Below, one piece after another: positions 26,078-35,676 of a DNA stretch of 41,191 bases (position 1 is the stretch's first letter; each line of letters opens with the position of its first letter). Both the position numbers and the translations under genes were made by a program. The notes under the pieces are model-generated. The model had not been told where the DNA came from, made no database searches, and saw only the letters and a list, made by a program, of their open reading frames with translations. The stretch lies in the sequence record SRR16203515_818. The stretch is one strand, 5' to 3'.

Positions 26078-26136
26078 GGCAACGAAGCCCACCAGCAAGT
26101 AATGCTAATCCATTACTTGCTGGTGGGTTTTTTTTT
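26078..26136 (+). promoter_or_regulatory. ANTAR-type hairpin overlapping a leader terminator (nrtA attenuator)
   Basis: GGC-AACGAA-GCC (26078-26089; A1/G4 hexaloop) overlaps a terminator with 17 Watson-Crick pairs (26088-26104/26111-26127) followed by T9. Confidence 0.82.
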
Positions 26137-26153
26137 GGCTTCGAGGAACGCAT

Positions 26154-27557
26154 ATGTCGATATCAAATAAAATTTCACGGTTACAAGCACTACCCCGAAA
26201 GGTGACTCAACTACTGACCCTAGCGTGGCTAGTCACTACGCCACTGAGCATGGCACAAGATGACGACGCCGTGGGCTGGCCAGAAAAAGAAGAGCTTAAG
26301 TTTGGTTTTATCAAACTTACTGATATGGCACCGTTAGCTATTGCCTATGAGAAAGGCTTCTTCGAAGACGAGGGGCTTTATGTCACCTTGGAAGCACAAG
26401 CGAACTGGAAAGTGTTACTCGATCGGGTTATTGATGGGCAATTAGATGGCGCCCATATGCTGGCCGGGCAACCCCTTGGTGCAACTATTGGGTTTGGTAC
26501 CGAATCCCATGTGGTCACCGCCTTTAGTATGGACTTAAATGGCAATGGCATTACGGTTTCAAACGATGTGTGGCAGAAAATGCAGGCCCACATACCTCAT
26601 CAACAAGGAAAGCCGGTACACCCCATCAAAGCCGACTACTTAAAGCCGGTGGTGGATGAATATCGACAAGCAGGTAAGCCTTTTAAGATGGGCATGGTGT
26701 TTCCGGTTTCAACCCACAACTACGAGTTACGTTACTGGTTAGCTGCGGGAGGCATTCATCCTGGTTATTACGCACCCCATAAAGGAGATACCTCAGGTCA
26801 AATTGACGCTGATGCGTTGTTGTCGGTAACACCGCCACCGCAAATGCCGGCCACCATGGAAGCTGGCACCATACATGGTTACTGCGTTGGTGAGCCGTGG
26901 AATCAGCAAGCAGTATTTAAGGGCATTGGTGTGCCTGTGATCACCGATTATGAAATATGGAAAAACAACCCAGAGAAGGTGTTTGGCGTCAGCCAGTCAT
27001 GGGCTGAAGCCTACCCCAATACTCATATTCGGGTAGTCAAAGCGCTTATTCGCGCCGCCATGTGGTTAGATGAAAACAACAACGCCAACCGCCCGGAAGC
27101 GGTAAAGATTCTGGCTAAAAGTCACTATGTTGGGGCCGACGAAGAAGTGTTGGCCAATAGTATGACAGGCACCTTTGAGTACGAAAAAGGGGACAAGCGT
27201 GACGTACCAGACTTTAATGTGTTCTTTCGATATAACGCCACCTTTCCCTACTACAGTGATGCCATATGGTATCTCACCCAAATGCGTCGCTGGGGACAAA
27301 TTGCCGCGCCCAAAACCGATGATTGGTATAAAGATATCGCCCGTAAGGTCTATAAACCTGCGGTATACGCCAAGGCAGCCAAAGCACTTATTGCTGAAGG
27401 TAAAGCGAACCCGGCTGACTTCCCCGAATTCGACACTGAAACCGGCTTTAAACCACCGCAAAGTGAATTTATTGACGGCGTAACGTATGACGGCACTGCC
27501 CCGAACGCGTATTTAGAGCAATTTAGTATTGGTCTGAAAAGCGACACTGTCCTTTAA
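26154..27557 (+). CDS. nrtA: Nitrate ABC transporter substrate-binding protein (CmpA/NrtA/NasF family)
   Basis: [58 protein letters not shown]. Confidence 0.93.
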   Translation: MSISNKISRLQALPRKVTQLLTLAWLVTTPLSMAQDDDAVGWPEKEELKFGFIKLTDMAPLAIAYEKGFFEDEGLYVTLEAQANWKVLLDRVIDGQLDGAHMLAGQPLGATIGFGTESHVVTAFSMDLNGNGITVSNDVWQKMQAHIPHQQGKPVHPIKADYLKPVVDEYRQAGKPFKMGMVFPVSTHNYELRYWLAAGGIHPGYYAPHKGDTSGQIDADALLSVTPPPQMPATMEAGTIHGYCVGEPWNQQAVFKGIGVPVITDYEIWKNNPEKVFGVSQSWAEAYPNTHIRVVKALIRAAMWLDENNNANRPEAVKILAKSHYVGADEEVLANSMTGTFEYEKGDKRDVPDFNVFFRYNATFPYYSDAIWYLTQMRRWGQIAAPKTDDWYKDIARKVYKPAVYAKAAKALIAEGKANPADFPEFDTETGFKPPQSEFIDGVTYDGTAPNAYLEQFSIGLKSDTVL

Positions 27558-27590
27558 CCACGCAGCCAGATGGCGAACCACGGAGAAGTT

Positions 27591-28586
27591 ATGAGTAAAA
27601 TGACAAATATCCTTAGCATAGCGCCTGGTAGAGCGCCTAGCGAGGGCGCATTGGGAAAACTATATCAGCAGGCCCCTGTGGTACTGCTACCACTTATCGG
27701 CCTGTTAATGTTTTTGGCGGTATGGAACGGGGTAGCTAAAAGTATCGATACCTCACTAGGCGAGTTTCCCGGCCCGGTCCAGGTATGGGAGCAAGCAGGG
27801 GTACTTATAGACGAGCACGCGGTGCAGCGGGATAAGGCGGATGCGTTTTACTTGCGCCAAGAAAAGCGCAATGCAGCGCGGGTAGCCCAAGATCCCAGTT
27901 ACCAGCCCAAAGTCCGTGATTTCACCGGCGCCCCGACCTTCTTCGATCAGATATGGACCAGCCTCTATACGGTGATGGTGGGCTTTGTTATTGCCTCTGT
28001 TATCGCCGTACCCTTAGGCATAGTCTGTGGGTTAAGCAAGTCGGCCTATACTGCAATTAACCCGCTAATACAGTTATTTAAACCGGTATCGCCACTGGCT
28101 TGGTTACCCCTTGTCACTATGGTGGTCAGTGCCCTTTATGTCAGTGATGATCCGGCCTTTTCTAAGTCATTCATCACGTCGGCATTTACGGTGGCCTTGT
28201 GCTGCCTATGGCCCACATTGATTAATACAGCGGTGGGCGTATCTAGCATAGACAGTGATTTACTTAATGTGAGTAAGGTGCTGCGCCTGACGCCTCTGTC
28301 TCATTTAACCAAGATTGTTCTGCCGTCTTCCATTCCGATGATTTTTACCGGCTTACGCTTATCCCTAGGCATAGGTTGGATGGTATTAATTGCCGCTGAA
28401 ATGCTGGCCCAAAACCCGGGACTCGGAAAGTTTGTATGGGATGAATTTCAAAATGGCAGTTCAGAGTCTCTCGCTCGAATTATGGTGGCGGTATTAACCA
28501 TTGGTGCCATCGGATTTATTTTAGACCGCGTCATGTTATCAGTGCAGCGGTTAGTCAGCTGGGACAAGTCCAGCGTATTGCGCTAA
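27591..28586 (+). CDS. nrtB: Nitrate ABC transporter permease
   Basis: KPVSPLAWLP, WPTLINT, GLRLSLGIGWMVLIAAEM, GLGKFVWDE; GGAG before ATG 27591. Confidence 0.92.
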   Translation: MSKMTNILSIAPGRAPSEGALGKLYQQAPVVLLPLIGLLMFLAVWNGVAKSIDTSLGEFPGPVQVWEQAGVLIDEHAVQRDKADAFYLRQEKRNAARVAQDPSYQPKVRDFTGAPTFFDQIWTSLYTVMVGFVIASVIAVPLGIVCGLSKSAYTAINPLIQLFKPVSPLAWLPLVTMVVSALYVSDDPAFSKSFITSAFTVALCCLWPTLINTAVGVSSIDSDLLNVSKVLRLTPLSHLTKIVLPSSIPMIFTGLRLSLGIGWMVLIAAEMLAQNPGLGKFVWDEFQNGSSESLARIMVAVLTIGAIGFILDRVMLSVQRLVSWDKSSVLR

Positions 28587-28600
28587 TTAAGGAGCCAACC

Positions 28601-29467
28601 ATGCAATCTAAACACTTAGAATTATCGCAAGTAGGCATCGACTTCCCTACGCCAAAGGGGCCCTTCACTGCCTTAACCGATGTAAATTTAAAAATTGCCA
28701 AAGGTGAGTTTGTTTCGCTTATTGGGCACTCAGGCTGTGGTAAGTCAACGGTACTTAATATTGTGGCCGGGTTACATCAAGCTACCACTGGTGGCGTTAT
28801 CCTCGATGGCGCAGAGGTGACTAGCCCCGGACCTGAACGGGCAGTGGTGTTTCAAAACCACTCTCTGCTGCCTTGGCTAAGCGTGTATAAAAACGTGGAA
28901 CTCGCGGTTAAGCACGCCATGCGAGGGCAATCTAAAGCGCAAATGCGCGAATGGGTGATGCATAACTTAGAGCTGGTGCATATGACCCACGCCCTCGATA
29001 AACTGCCGAGTGAAATTTCAGGCGGTATGAAGCAGCGCGTGGGTATTGCCCGGGCCTTATCTATGCAGCCCAAAGTTCTGCTCATGGACGAACCCTTCGG
29101 TGCTCTCGATGCCTTAACGCGGGCGCACTTACAAGACGCGTTAATGGAGATCCACGCCAATTTAGGCAATACCGTCATTATGATCACCCACGATGTGGAC
29201 GAAGCCGTTCTGCTGTCTGACCGAATTGTGATGATGAACAATGGCCCAGCAGCAACCATAGGTGAAGTACTCGAGGTTGACTTACCTCGCCCTCGGGAGC
29301 GTCTGGCGTTAGCAGATAGCCCGGCTTATAACCACTATCGACATGAGGTGCTGACCTTCTTATACGACAAGCAAAAAAAGATTGAGCCGGTAGCACAACA
29401 TCGCAAAAACAATAGCACTAAGGCGACATCAAAGGGCAAAACCGCGAAGAGTACCGATGCCGCTTAA
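28601..29467 (+). CDS. Nitrate ABC transporter ATP-binding protein (NrtC/NrtD/NasD type)
   Basis: Walker A GHSGCGKS, ISGGMKQR, MDEPFGALD, THDVDEA. Confidence 0.93.
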   Translation: MQSKHLELSQVGIDFPTPKGPFTALTDVNLKIAKGEFVSLIGHSGCGKSTVLNIVAGLHQATTGGVILDGAEVTSPGPERAVVFQNHSLLPWLSVYKNVELAVKHAMRGQSKAQMREWVMHNLELVHMTHALDKLPSEISGGMKQRVGIARALSMQPKVLLMDEPFGALDALTRAHLQDALMEIHANLGNTVIMITHDVDEAVLLSDRIVMMNNGPAATIGEVLEVDLPRPRERLALADSPAYNHYRHEVLTFLYDKQKKIEPVAQHRKNNSTKATSKGKTAKSTDAA

Positions 29468-29612
29468 GCGGCTCGTCATCACTTAAGTAAACACACGTAA
29501 TGTTACGCACTCATCTTGGCTTTTTAGCCGAGCGGGGAGCCCTTTACCGTTTTATTCACGCTCTGCAAGGGCGCATTAGATCACGCGATACAGTTCAAAA
29601 AGGGAACGCACA

Positions 29613-30833
29613 ATGAAAATTCAACAGCAATTTACCGGTACATTCATCGCTTGTGCTGCTTTATCGGCACTTAGTCACCCGGTCAGTGCACAAGAGTGGC
29701 AAGAGGTACTTAGCCAATCTGACGCATGGGCGGACGTAAATTTACGCTACGAGAGTGTGGAGCAAGACAATAGCCTAGCGGACGCGAGCGCGCTCACCTT
29801 ACGTACCCGACTTGGTTTTCAAACGGGCACGCTCAATGGTTTTTCATTTACTGCGGAAGTGGAAGATAGCCGCATTGTTTTAGGGCAAGGCGACTATACG
29901 GTAGGGCCGACGAGGTATAATCTTGGCGAATATTCGGTGATAGCAGACCCGGAAACCACCGAAGTTGATCAAGCCTTTGTGCAATACAAAAAAGATAAGT
30001 TAACCCTTAAAGCCGGACGGCAGGTGATTGCATTAGATAACCATCGTTTTATTGGCCATGTGGGCTGGCGTCAAGATCGTCAAACCTTCGATGGGGTTAG
30101 TACCCACTACGCATTAAATGACAAGGTTGAGCTATTTTATGCGTATCTGAACCAGCGAAATCGTATTTTTGCAGAGGCGGCGGATATTGATAGTAGCGAC
30201 CATCTCATTCATGCCAGTGTCAGCACAGCGGTGGGTAAATTTAGCGGTTATGCCTATTTATTGGAAGTAGACAACCAAACCGAGAATAGTCTAGATACCT
30301 ACGGTATACGCTATAGCGGGGCATACACCAGTGACTCCCTCGCCTGGCAATACGGTGCAGAGTTGGCTACCCAGTCTAGCCAAACCGGTGAGGGTGAGAG
30401 TGAGGCGGATTTTGATGCCACTTACTTTAATGGCTTTTTAGCCGCTAAAGTATCAGGCATCACAGCAAAAATTAATTATGAAGTACTTGGCAGTGACAAG
30501 GGCGAATATGGGTTTGCCACGCCATTAGCGACCTTGCATAAGTTCAACGGCTGGACCGATCAATTCTTAACCACACCAGCACAAGGTTTAGTGGACACCA
30601 CCTTCTCATTAAGCGGTGGAGCAGTAGGGGGCAAATGGTTACTCGCCTATCATAATTTCAATGCCGATGAGCCTACCGAAGGGGTGGATGATTTAGGCAG
30701 TGAGATAGATATCCAATACACCACAAGGGTGATGCAATCGTTGAACGTAGGGGTAAAGTACGGCCACTATATGGCGAAGGATAGCAAGGTAGATGCCGAT
30801 AAATTCTGGCTGTGGGTGGGCACCCGTTTCTAG
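29613..30833 (+). CDS. Alginate-export-family outer-membrane beta-barrel (probable anion porin)
   Basis: Signal peptide; LRYE..LRTRLG, GRQ..DNHRFIGHVGWRQ..QTFD, FATPLATLHKFNGW; C-terminal F. Confidence 0.82.
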   Translation: MKIQQQFTGTFIACAALSALSHPVSAQEWQEVLSQSDAWADVNLRYESVEQDNSLADASALTLRTRLGFQTGTLNGFSFTAEVEDSRIVLGQGDYTVGPTRYNLGEYSVIADPETTEVDQAFVQYKKDKLTLKAGRQVIALDNHRFIGHVGWRQDRQTFDGVSTHYALNDKVELFYAYLNQRNRIFAEAADIDSSDHLIHASVSTAVGKFSGYAYLLEVDNQTENSLDTYGIRYSGAYTSDSLAWQYGAELATQSSQTGEGESEADFDATYFNGFLAAKVSGITAKINYEVLGSDKGEYGFATPLATLHKFNGWTDQFLTTPAQGLVDTTFSLSGGAVGGKWLLAYHNFNADEPTEGVDDLGSEIDIQYTTRVMQSLNVGVKYGHYMAKDSKVDADKFWLWVGTRF

Positions 30834-30839
30834 GAGGAC

Positions 30840-31490
30840 GTGATGTTGAAATACGCACCTACCACGACTGCTGTCCAAGCCTTTTTACTGTGCGGCGGGC
30901 AATCTCGCCGTATGGGCATCGATAAGGCTAAGCTAACCTATGGCGGCGAGTCGTTTGAGCAAAGAATAAAACAGGTTGCGCTCAAAAGTGGCGTGAAGCA
31001 CCTTTATACAGTAGGCGGAGCGAGTAGGGATATTGTGGATGAACGGCCTCATCATGGCCCCGCTGCGGCAAGCATAGCTGCAATGAACGAACGCTATAAC
31101 GACGAAAACCTATTACACGCTGACATACTGCTACTGTTACCGGTAGATATGCCTTTGCTCAGCGTATCGGTGTTAAGGCACCTTATCGATGCTACGCGCG
31201 ATCACCAGCAAAGTCATTATTTTAACCGCGACTGGTTTCCCCTTGCCATCTATCAGCCCTATCGTTATCTAAAGGCGTTAAATCAATTGCTTGCCGGTAA
31301 CCCGATGCCCGCGATGAAGTCGTTTGCTAAGGTATGCGAGGCGCAGACACTGGCGTTACCAACGGCACTGCATCATCAATTAATGAATGTGAACACACCG
31401 GTAGAGTTTACGGCATTAACAGGAAACGAGGAGTACTCGCCTCGTGCAGACACAAAAAAGGCCGATACGCTGAACGTATCGGCCTGTTGA
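30840..31490 (+). CDS. mobA: Molybdenum cofactor guanylyltransferase-like (divergent MobA)
   Basis: LLCGGQSRRMGIDKA, HGP, PVDMPLL, NVNTP; AGGAGG before GTG/ATG. Confidence 0.78.
   Translation: MMLKYAPTTTAVQAFLLCGGQSRRMGIDKAKLTYGGESFEQRIKQVALKSGVKHLYTVGGASRDIVDERPHHGPAAASIAAMNERYNDENLLHADILLLLPVDMPLLSVSVLRHLIDATRDHQQSHYFNRDWFPLAIYQPYRYLKALNQLLAGNPMPAMKSFAKVCEAQTLALPTALHHQLMNVNTPVEFTALTGNEEYSPRADTKKADTLNVSAC
31454..31485 (-). terminator. Intrinsic terminator of dsbA, lying inside the mobA-like 3' end
   Basis: AGGCCGATACG(31459-31469)/CGTATCGGCCT(31475-31485); A6 at 31454-31459 gives a U-tract on the minus strand. Confidence 0.82.
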
Positions 31491-31529
31491 ATCTACGACT
31501 GGCTAGACTCGCTGTTGACGAAAATGGGC

Positions 31530-32162
31530 CTATTTTTGTGTGGATAGCCACACAATCAGGTCAGAAATATCGTCTAGCGACATATCAGCGGTAAAGGTTG
31601 GCTGATATTTGCCGTTTACAATAAAGGTAGGGACACCTTTGATATAGCCTCGGTTGTCGTCAATAAGCTTTTGGTTTTTGCGCAGCATGCTGTTTACACC
31701 AAAGCTGTTGGCAAGCTTATCAAACTCAGCACCGTCAACACCGTTTACCACAAAGATATTGCGAAGATCTTTTAAGCTGGTTACTGACGCACGTTGCTTA
31801 TGAATATAGTTAAAAACCGCCGCGTTCATGGCGTCTTCTTGTTTCATTGCACGGGCAATAAGCATGGCTTTGGTAGCGGCATCTTGCACTTCTGGGCCGG
31901 TAAAGCCCATAAAGTTCACGTGTACTTTAGTGAACTTAGCGTTGTCGCCCATCTTTGATTTAATATCTTTTACGATTGGCTCGAACTGAAAGCAGTGCGG
32001 GCACCAAAAAGAGAAAAACTCTGTGATCACCGGCTTATCAGTCGCTTCTTCGTCAAGCACAGTGTAATGAGTGCCTTCTTTCCACTTGGTGTTTGCTTCT
32101 TGTGCGCACGCCGTCAGGGGCAAAAGTAACGCCATTACAAACAGTACTGCAAATTTTTTCAT
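31530..32162 (-). CDS. dsbA: Thiol:disulfide interchange protein DsbA
   Basis: Signal peptide; EFFSFWCPHC; cis-Pro loop GVPTFIVNGKY. Confidence 0.93.
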   Translation of the reverse strand: MKKFAVLFVMALLLPLTACAQEANTKWKEGTHYTVLDEEATDKPVITEFFSFWCPHCFQFEPIVKDIKSKMGDNAKFTKVHVNFMGFTGPEVQDAATKAMLIARAMKQEDAMNAAVFNYIHKQRASVTSLKDLRNIFVVNGVDGAEFDKLANSFGVNSMLRKNQKLIDDNRGYIKGVPTFIVNGKYQPTFTADMSLDDISDLIVWLSTQK

Positions 32163-32303
32163 TGAGTAAATCCTTCGCTGAGTTATTTCGTTGTCATTAT
32201 GCAGATTACCACAGGGTTTAAAAAGGCACTAGTTTCCGCGGTGACCAGGCGATTTTATGCAACGAAAGGATAATAGATAGCAACGCTGACAGGGAAGATA
32301 CCA

Positions 32304-32328
32304 ACAAGCCCTCATACTGAGGGCTTGT
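32304..32328. terminator. Hairpin, probable btuB terminator
   Basis: ACAAGCCCTCA/TGAGGGCTTGT, perfect 11-bp stem; weak U-tract. Confidence 0.6.
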
Positions 32329-32392
32329 GTACTTACGTGCTGCTATGTACAGATTGACCTAGTGGCAACCACGATACGGGTAGGCGTAGCCT

Positions 32393-34327
32393 TTACTCGT
32401 AATGGTAGTTAACACTTAATAAGGCGCGTCGCTCTTGGCCTGCAAAACCGACGATATCTTCATAATCGGTATCAAATAGGTTATTCACTTTCAGGGATAA
32501 CTGCCATTGCTTGGATAATTGATAACCTAAATTGACTGTCGCAAGCGTATAGGCTGAGAGTGCATCCGTTTGCGCCGCAGCAGGGTAGGGCGGATAAAAA
32601 GTATCAAAATGACTGCCCGTATAGGCCAATTTAGCATACAGACTAAAGCGTTCAGTGCCTAAGTCAGAATAGACACTGACAGAACCTTGATGACGTGCCC
32701 GGCGCAGTTCGGCGCTGGTCACACCGTATGATTCTTGGTCGGCATCTAGATAGCTGTATCCTGCGGACAGGGTGGCCCATTGAGCGTCCCAATTTACCTC
32801 AACATCCACCCCGTCGCGGCTACTTTCACCGTCAACGTTTGCGGCGCTATACAAACCTTGCTCAGCAAGATAAACAAAGCCGTTAATTTCATTTTCAAGC
32901 TCAGCTGAGTAGGCACTGATTTGCAGGTTGGTGGATTGCCATCTTGCTTTGAGCCCGAGTTCCCACTCTTCACTTTGTTCTGGGATCAGCTCGGGGTTAC
33001 CAATAAACGAAGCGGGATAATAGCCGAAACGCTCAGTAAAAGTAGGGGCTTTTACTGCTTTACCCACACTGCTAAATAGCGCGTAGTGGTTGCTTAATTG
33101 CCAGGTTAATCCCGCACGGTAGGTAAAGGCGTTATCAAACTCGCTGTTTTTATCAAAACGGGCACTTAAGGTAGTAAATAACGCGTCGGTTAAATCACCA
33201 TTGGCTTCAGCAAAAACACTCAGTGTAGTGTCATGACGCCTTTGATTAGGATCGCCATAGCCCACTAACCCACGCTGTGAATAAAAGCGCTGAAGATACT
33301 CACCGCCTGCCGCTAGTTGCCAGTTGTCTAGGCGATAAAATGAGGTGTGATTGAGATCAATACGTTCACCTGTGGTACCTGCCGTAAAGGCACCATCTGT
33401 GGTGTTATCAATATCATCCTGATGATAGTTTACGGTGGTCTTGGCACGGTAGGATGACGCATTATCAGCATAGTGCCAGGCGAGCTGCCCGGTGACCTGC
33501 TCACCGCGGGTCACATTATCCGCATCTGTCGGTAAGCCAGTGACAAAATAATCAATAGCATCGTATTCGTTTTGATAACCGGTATTACGTAGTGTGGCCG
33601 CCAGTTGGTGCTCGTTATTAATTTCATAACCTAGGTTAATGCCAACGGTCATGTTGTCGTATCCGTCGTCTTCACCACCTGAACGGGCAATATTATCGCC
33701 GTCTGTTTTAACGTAATTGGCGTAGGCGCGTAGTGAAATGGCCTCATCTTGAGCGGCAATGTTCACACTGCCTTGGTAGGTGCCTTGTGTCCCCATACCG
33801 GCAGAAAGGTCTGCGGTTGGCGTTTGCTGGGTGCTGTTAGCACCTTTGGTGGTGATACTTAATACCCCCCCAATGGCACCGCTTCCCCACATGGCGCTTT
33901 GCGGGCCTTTTAGAAGTTCGATGCGTTCGATATTCGCCGTGGTAAGGTGGGATAGGTCAATCAGACTGCCCTGCCCAATATCATTGGCGACTACCCCGTC
34001 TATCAGTACAAGTAAGTGGTTACTTTCGCTGCCGCGCACTCGTACCTCAGCAAGACCACCTGGGCTACCCGATTGGGCAAGGCTGACCCCTGGCAGGCCG
34101 CGAACTAAATCGGTCACTTGCACCGCGCCAGAGGCTTCAATATCCTCTTGTGTAAGTACCGACACCGAAGCCGGAAGCTTAGCAAGGCTTACCGGTAAGC
34201 GCGTTCCTGTGATGGTCAGGGTTTCCATATCTTCGGGAGCAGAACTGTGTGCCAGCGCAGCAGTGCTAAGCAGTGAAATAACCGCAGTGGTAACGGTGGT
34301 GAGTGTGGTTTTCGTGTGTAATGTCAT
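32393..34327 (-). CDS. btuB: TonB-dependent cobalamin receptor, BtuB-like
   Basis: ETLTITGTR TonB box; VRGSESNHLLVLIDGV; IERIELLKGPQSAMWGSGAIGGV; NNLFD..YE; cobalamin riboswitch upstream. ATG at 34327 chosen because the longer ORF starts inside the riboswitch. Confidence 0.85.
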   Translation of the reverse strand: MTLHTKTTLTTVTTAVISLLSTAALAHSSAPEDMETLTITGTRLPVSLAKLPASVSVLTQEDIEASGAVQVTDLVRGLPGVSLAQSGSPGGLAEVRVRGSESNHLLVLIDGVVANDIGQGSLIDLSHLTTANIERIELLKGPQSAMWGSGAIGGVLSITTKGANSTQQTPTADLSAGMGTQGTYQGSVNIAAQDEAISLRAYANYVKTDGDNIARSGGEDDGYDNMTVGINLGYEINNEHQLAATLRNTGYQNEYDAIDYFVTGLPTDADNVTRGEQVTGQLAWHYADNASSYRAKTTVNYHQDDIDNTTDGAFTAGTTGERIDLNHTSFYRLDNWQLAAGGEYLQRFYSQRGLVGYGDPNQRRHDTTLSVFAEANGDLTDALFTTLSARFDKNSEFDNAFTYRAGLTWQLSNHYALFSSVGKAVKAPTFTERFGYYPASFIGNPELIPEQSEEWELGLKARWQSTNLQISAYSAELENEINGFVYLAEQGLYSAANVDGESSRDGVDVEVNWDAQWATLSAGYSYLDADQESYGVTSAELRRARHQGSVSVYSDLGTERFSLYAKLAYTGSHFDTFYPPYPAAAQTDALSAYTLATVNLGYQLSKQWQLSLKVNNLFDTDYEDIVGFAGQERRALLSVNYHYE

Positions 34328-34395
34328 GTGCGTTCTCGTTATGCGCTCCGCCCGAGCACAAGAGTTAAGGGTGTAGCAGATGCACTCTGCCGTGA

Positions 34396-34596
34396 GGCTC
34401 AGGCCGGTATCCGGGCTCACTCACCAAACCATGGCTCTTTGCCTTCCCATCTTGTTGTACTAGCAACACATAGACAGTGGCATCGTAAGAAAATACGTAA
34501 CGTATTGAGTTTACCGTTGCGGGGGCAGCATCAGTATTTCACTGATTTCCCGTTTAACCCTTCATGAAATTATTTTAATGAAAGGCACCTAAGCGG
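34396..34596 (-). ncRNA. Cobalamin (AdoCbl) riboswitch
   Basis: Minus strand AGGTGC...TTAAACGGGAA.TCAGTGAAATACTGA.GCTGCCCCCGCAACGGTAA...GCCACTG...GGGAAGG...GAGCCCGGATACCGGCC (B12 box); TATACT -10-like at 34602-34607. Confidence 0.95.
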
Positions 34597-34704
34597 GCGG
34601 GAGTATAGCTAAGTGACTGAAAGAAAGCGATAGTTAGCAGAACAGAAACGGGGTAAACCAGCACTTCTGAGGTCAGGGCATGTGCCCCAACCTAACAACA
34701 AAGA

Positions 34705-35676
34705 TCAGTAGCCTAATTTTAATGGGGCTTCCTGCATGGCGGACATCTGCTCTTTAAGCGCCAATATTTGGCCTTCCCAATATTTGTCATCGGCAAACCA
34801 AGGAAATGCACGGGGAAAGGCGGGGTCTTCCCAGCGCCGCGACAGCCAAGCCATGTAGTGCACCATACGCATGGCACGTAGTGGTTCAATCAAGGCGAGC
34901 TGACTTGAGTCGAAGGGCTGGAACTCTTCGTAGGCCTCAATCAGGGTATCAAGTTGAATAAGCTGCTGCTGCCTATCGCCGCTTAACATCATCCATAGAT
35001 CTTGAATGGCCGGCCCCATACGGCAATCATCTAAATCGACGAAGGTAGGACCATCACGCCAGAGAATATTACCTGGATGGCAGTCGCCATGCAGGCGGAT
35101 AGATTGAGATTTCCCATAGCCTTGGGTGGCTTGCTCAATCACCGGGTTTAAAATGGCAAAAAAAGCAGTTTTTAAATGAGCAGGCAATAGGGTACTGTTT
35201 TCGAGTACTTCTTTAGGTTCTTGCAAGTAACTTTGAATATCGATATCTGGGCGGTTTTCAAAAGGTTTTGCTTGCGCGACCCGGTGAATACGGCCAATAA
35301 ACCTGCCCATCCATTCTAGTTGGTCAAGATTATCGTTTTCAAATTGTCTTCCGCCTACGGAGGGGAACACGGTATAGCGATAATCGCCATGGTGATGCAA
35401 GGTGCTGTCGTTGAGCACAAGAGGTGCAACGACAGGAATTTCATTGTCTGCCAACTCTTGTGCAAAGGCATGTTCTTCTAGAATTTGCGCGTCTGTCCAA
35501 CGACCTGGGCGATAAAACTTGGCCACATAGCGCTGGTTATCGTCCGCCTGAAACTGATAAACGCGATTTTCATAGCTGTTAAGCGCAAGCAGGCCGCTTT
35601 GTAAAAAAATGCCCTGGTTCTCCAGGGCATCTAGAATCGTATCTGGATTTAAGCCAGAAAAGGAAAAGTCTGTCAT
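34705..35676 (-). CDS. srkA: Stress response Ser/Thr kinase SrkA (RdoA/YihE)
   Basis: LNSYENRVY, KFYRP.RW, RLHGDCH.GN, DLDD, QDLWM, RRWEDPAFP. Confidence 0.95.
   Translation of the reverse strand: MTDFSFSGLNPDTILDALENQGIFLQSGLLALNSYENRVYQFQADDNQRYVAKFYRPGRWTDAQILEEHAFAQELADNEIPVVAPLVLNDSTLHHHGDYRYTVFPSVGGRQFENDNLDQLEWMGRFIGRIHRVAQAKPFENRPDIDIQSYLQEPKEVLENSTLLPAHLKTAFFAILNPVIEQATQGYGKSQSIRLHGDCHPGNILWRDGPTFVDLDDCRMGPAIQDLWMMLSGDRQQQLIQLDTLIEAYEEFQPFDSSQLALIEPLRAMRMVHYMAWLSRRWEDPAFPRAFPWFADDKYWEGQILALKEQMSAMQEAPLKLGY

Noticed and set aside
26826-26850. PPP motifs in NrtA and NasA as a link to nearby efp/epmA
   Set aside because: The NrtA PPPQM motif is a family feature and EF-P acts in trans, so proximity carries no information.
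13717-31530. Nitrate cluster as an active mobile element
   Set aside because: No integrase, transposase, tRNA target or terminal repeats were visible, and a composition shift could not be measured.
33780-34376. 198-aa antisense ORF and other shadow ORFs (e.g. 189-599, 11445-11786, 27066-27461, 28852-29259, 38390-38776)
   Set aside because: They overlap well-supported genes, show no motifs, and are expected by-products of codon bias.
34328-34567. btuB extension to 34420 and the 79-aa plus-strand ORF
   Set aside because: Both overlap the cobalamin riboswitch or its expression platform; the signal peptide starts at ATG 34327.
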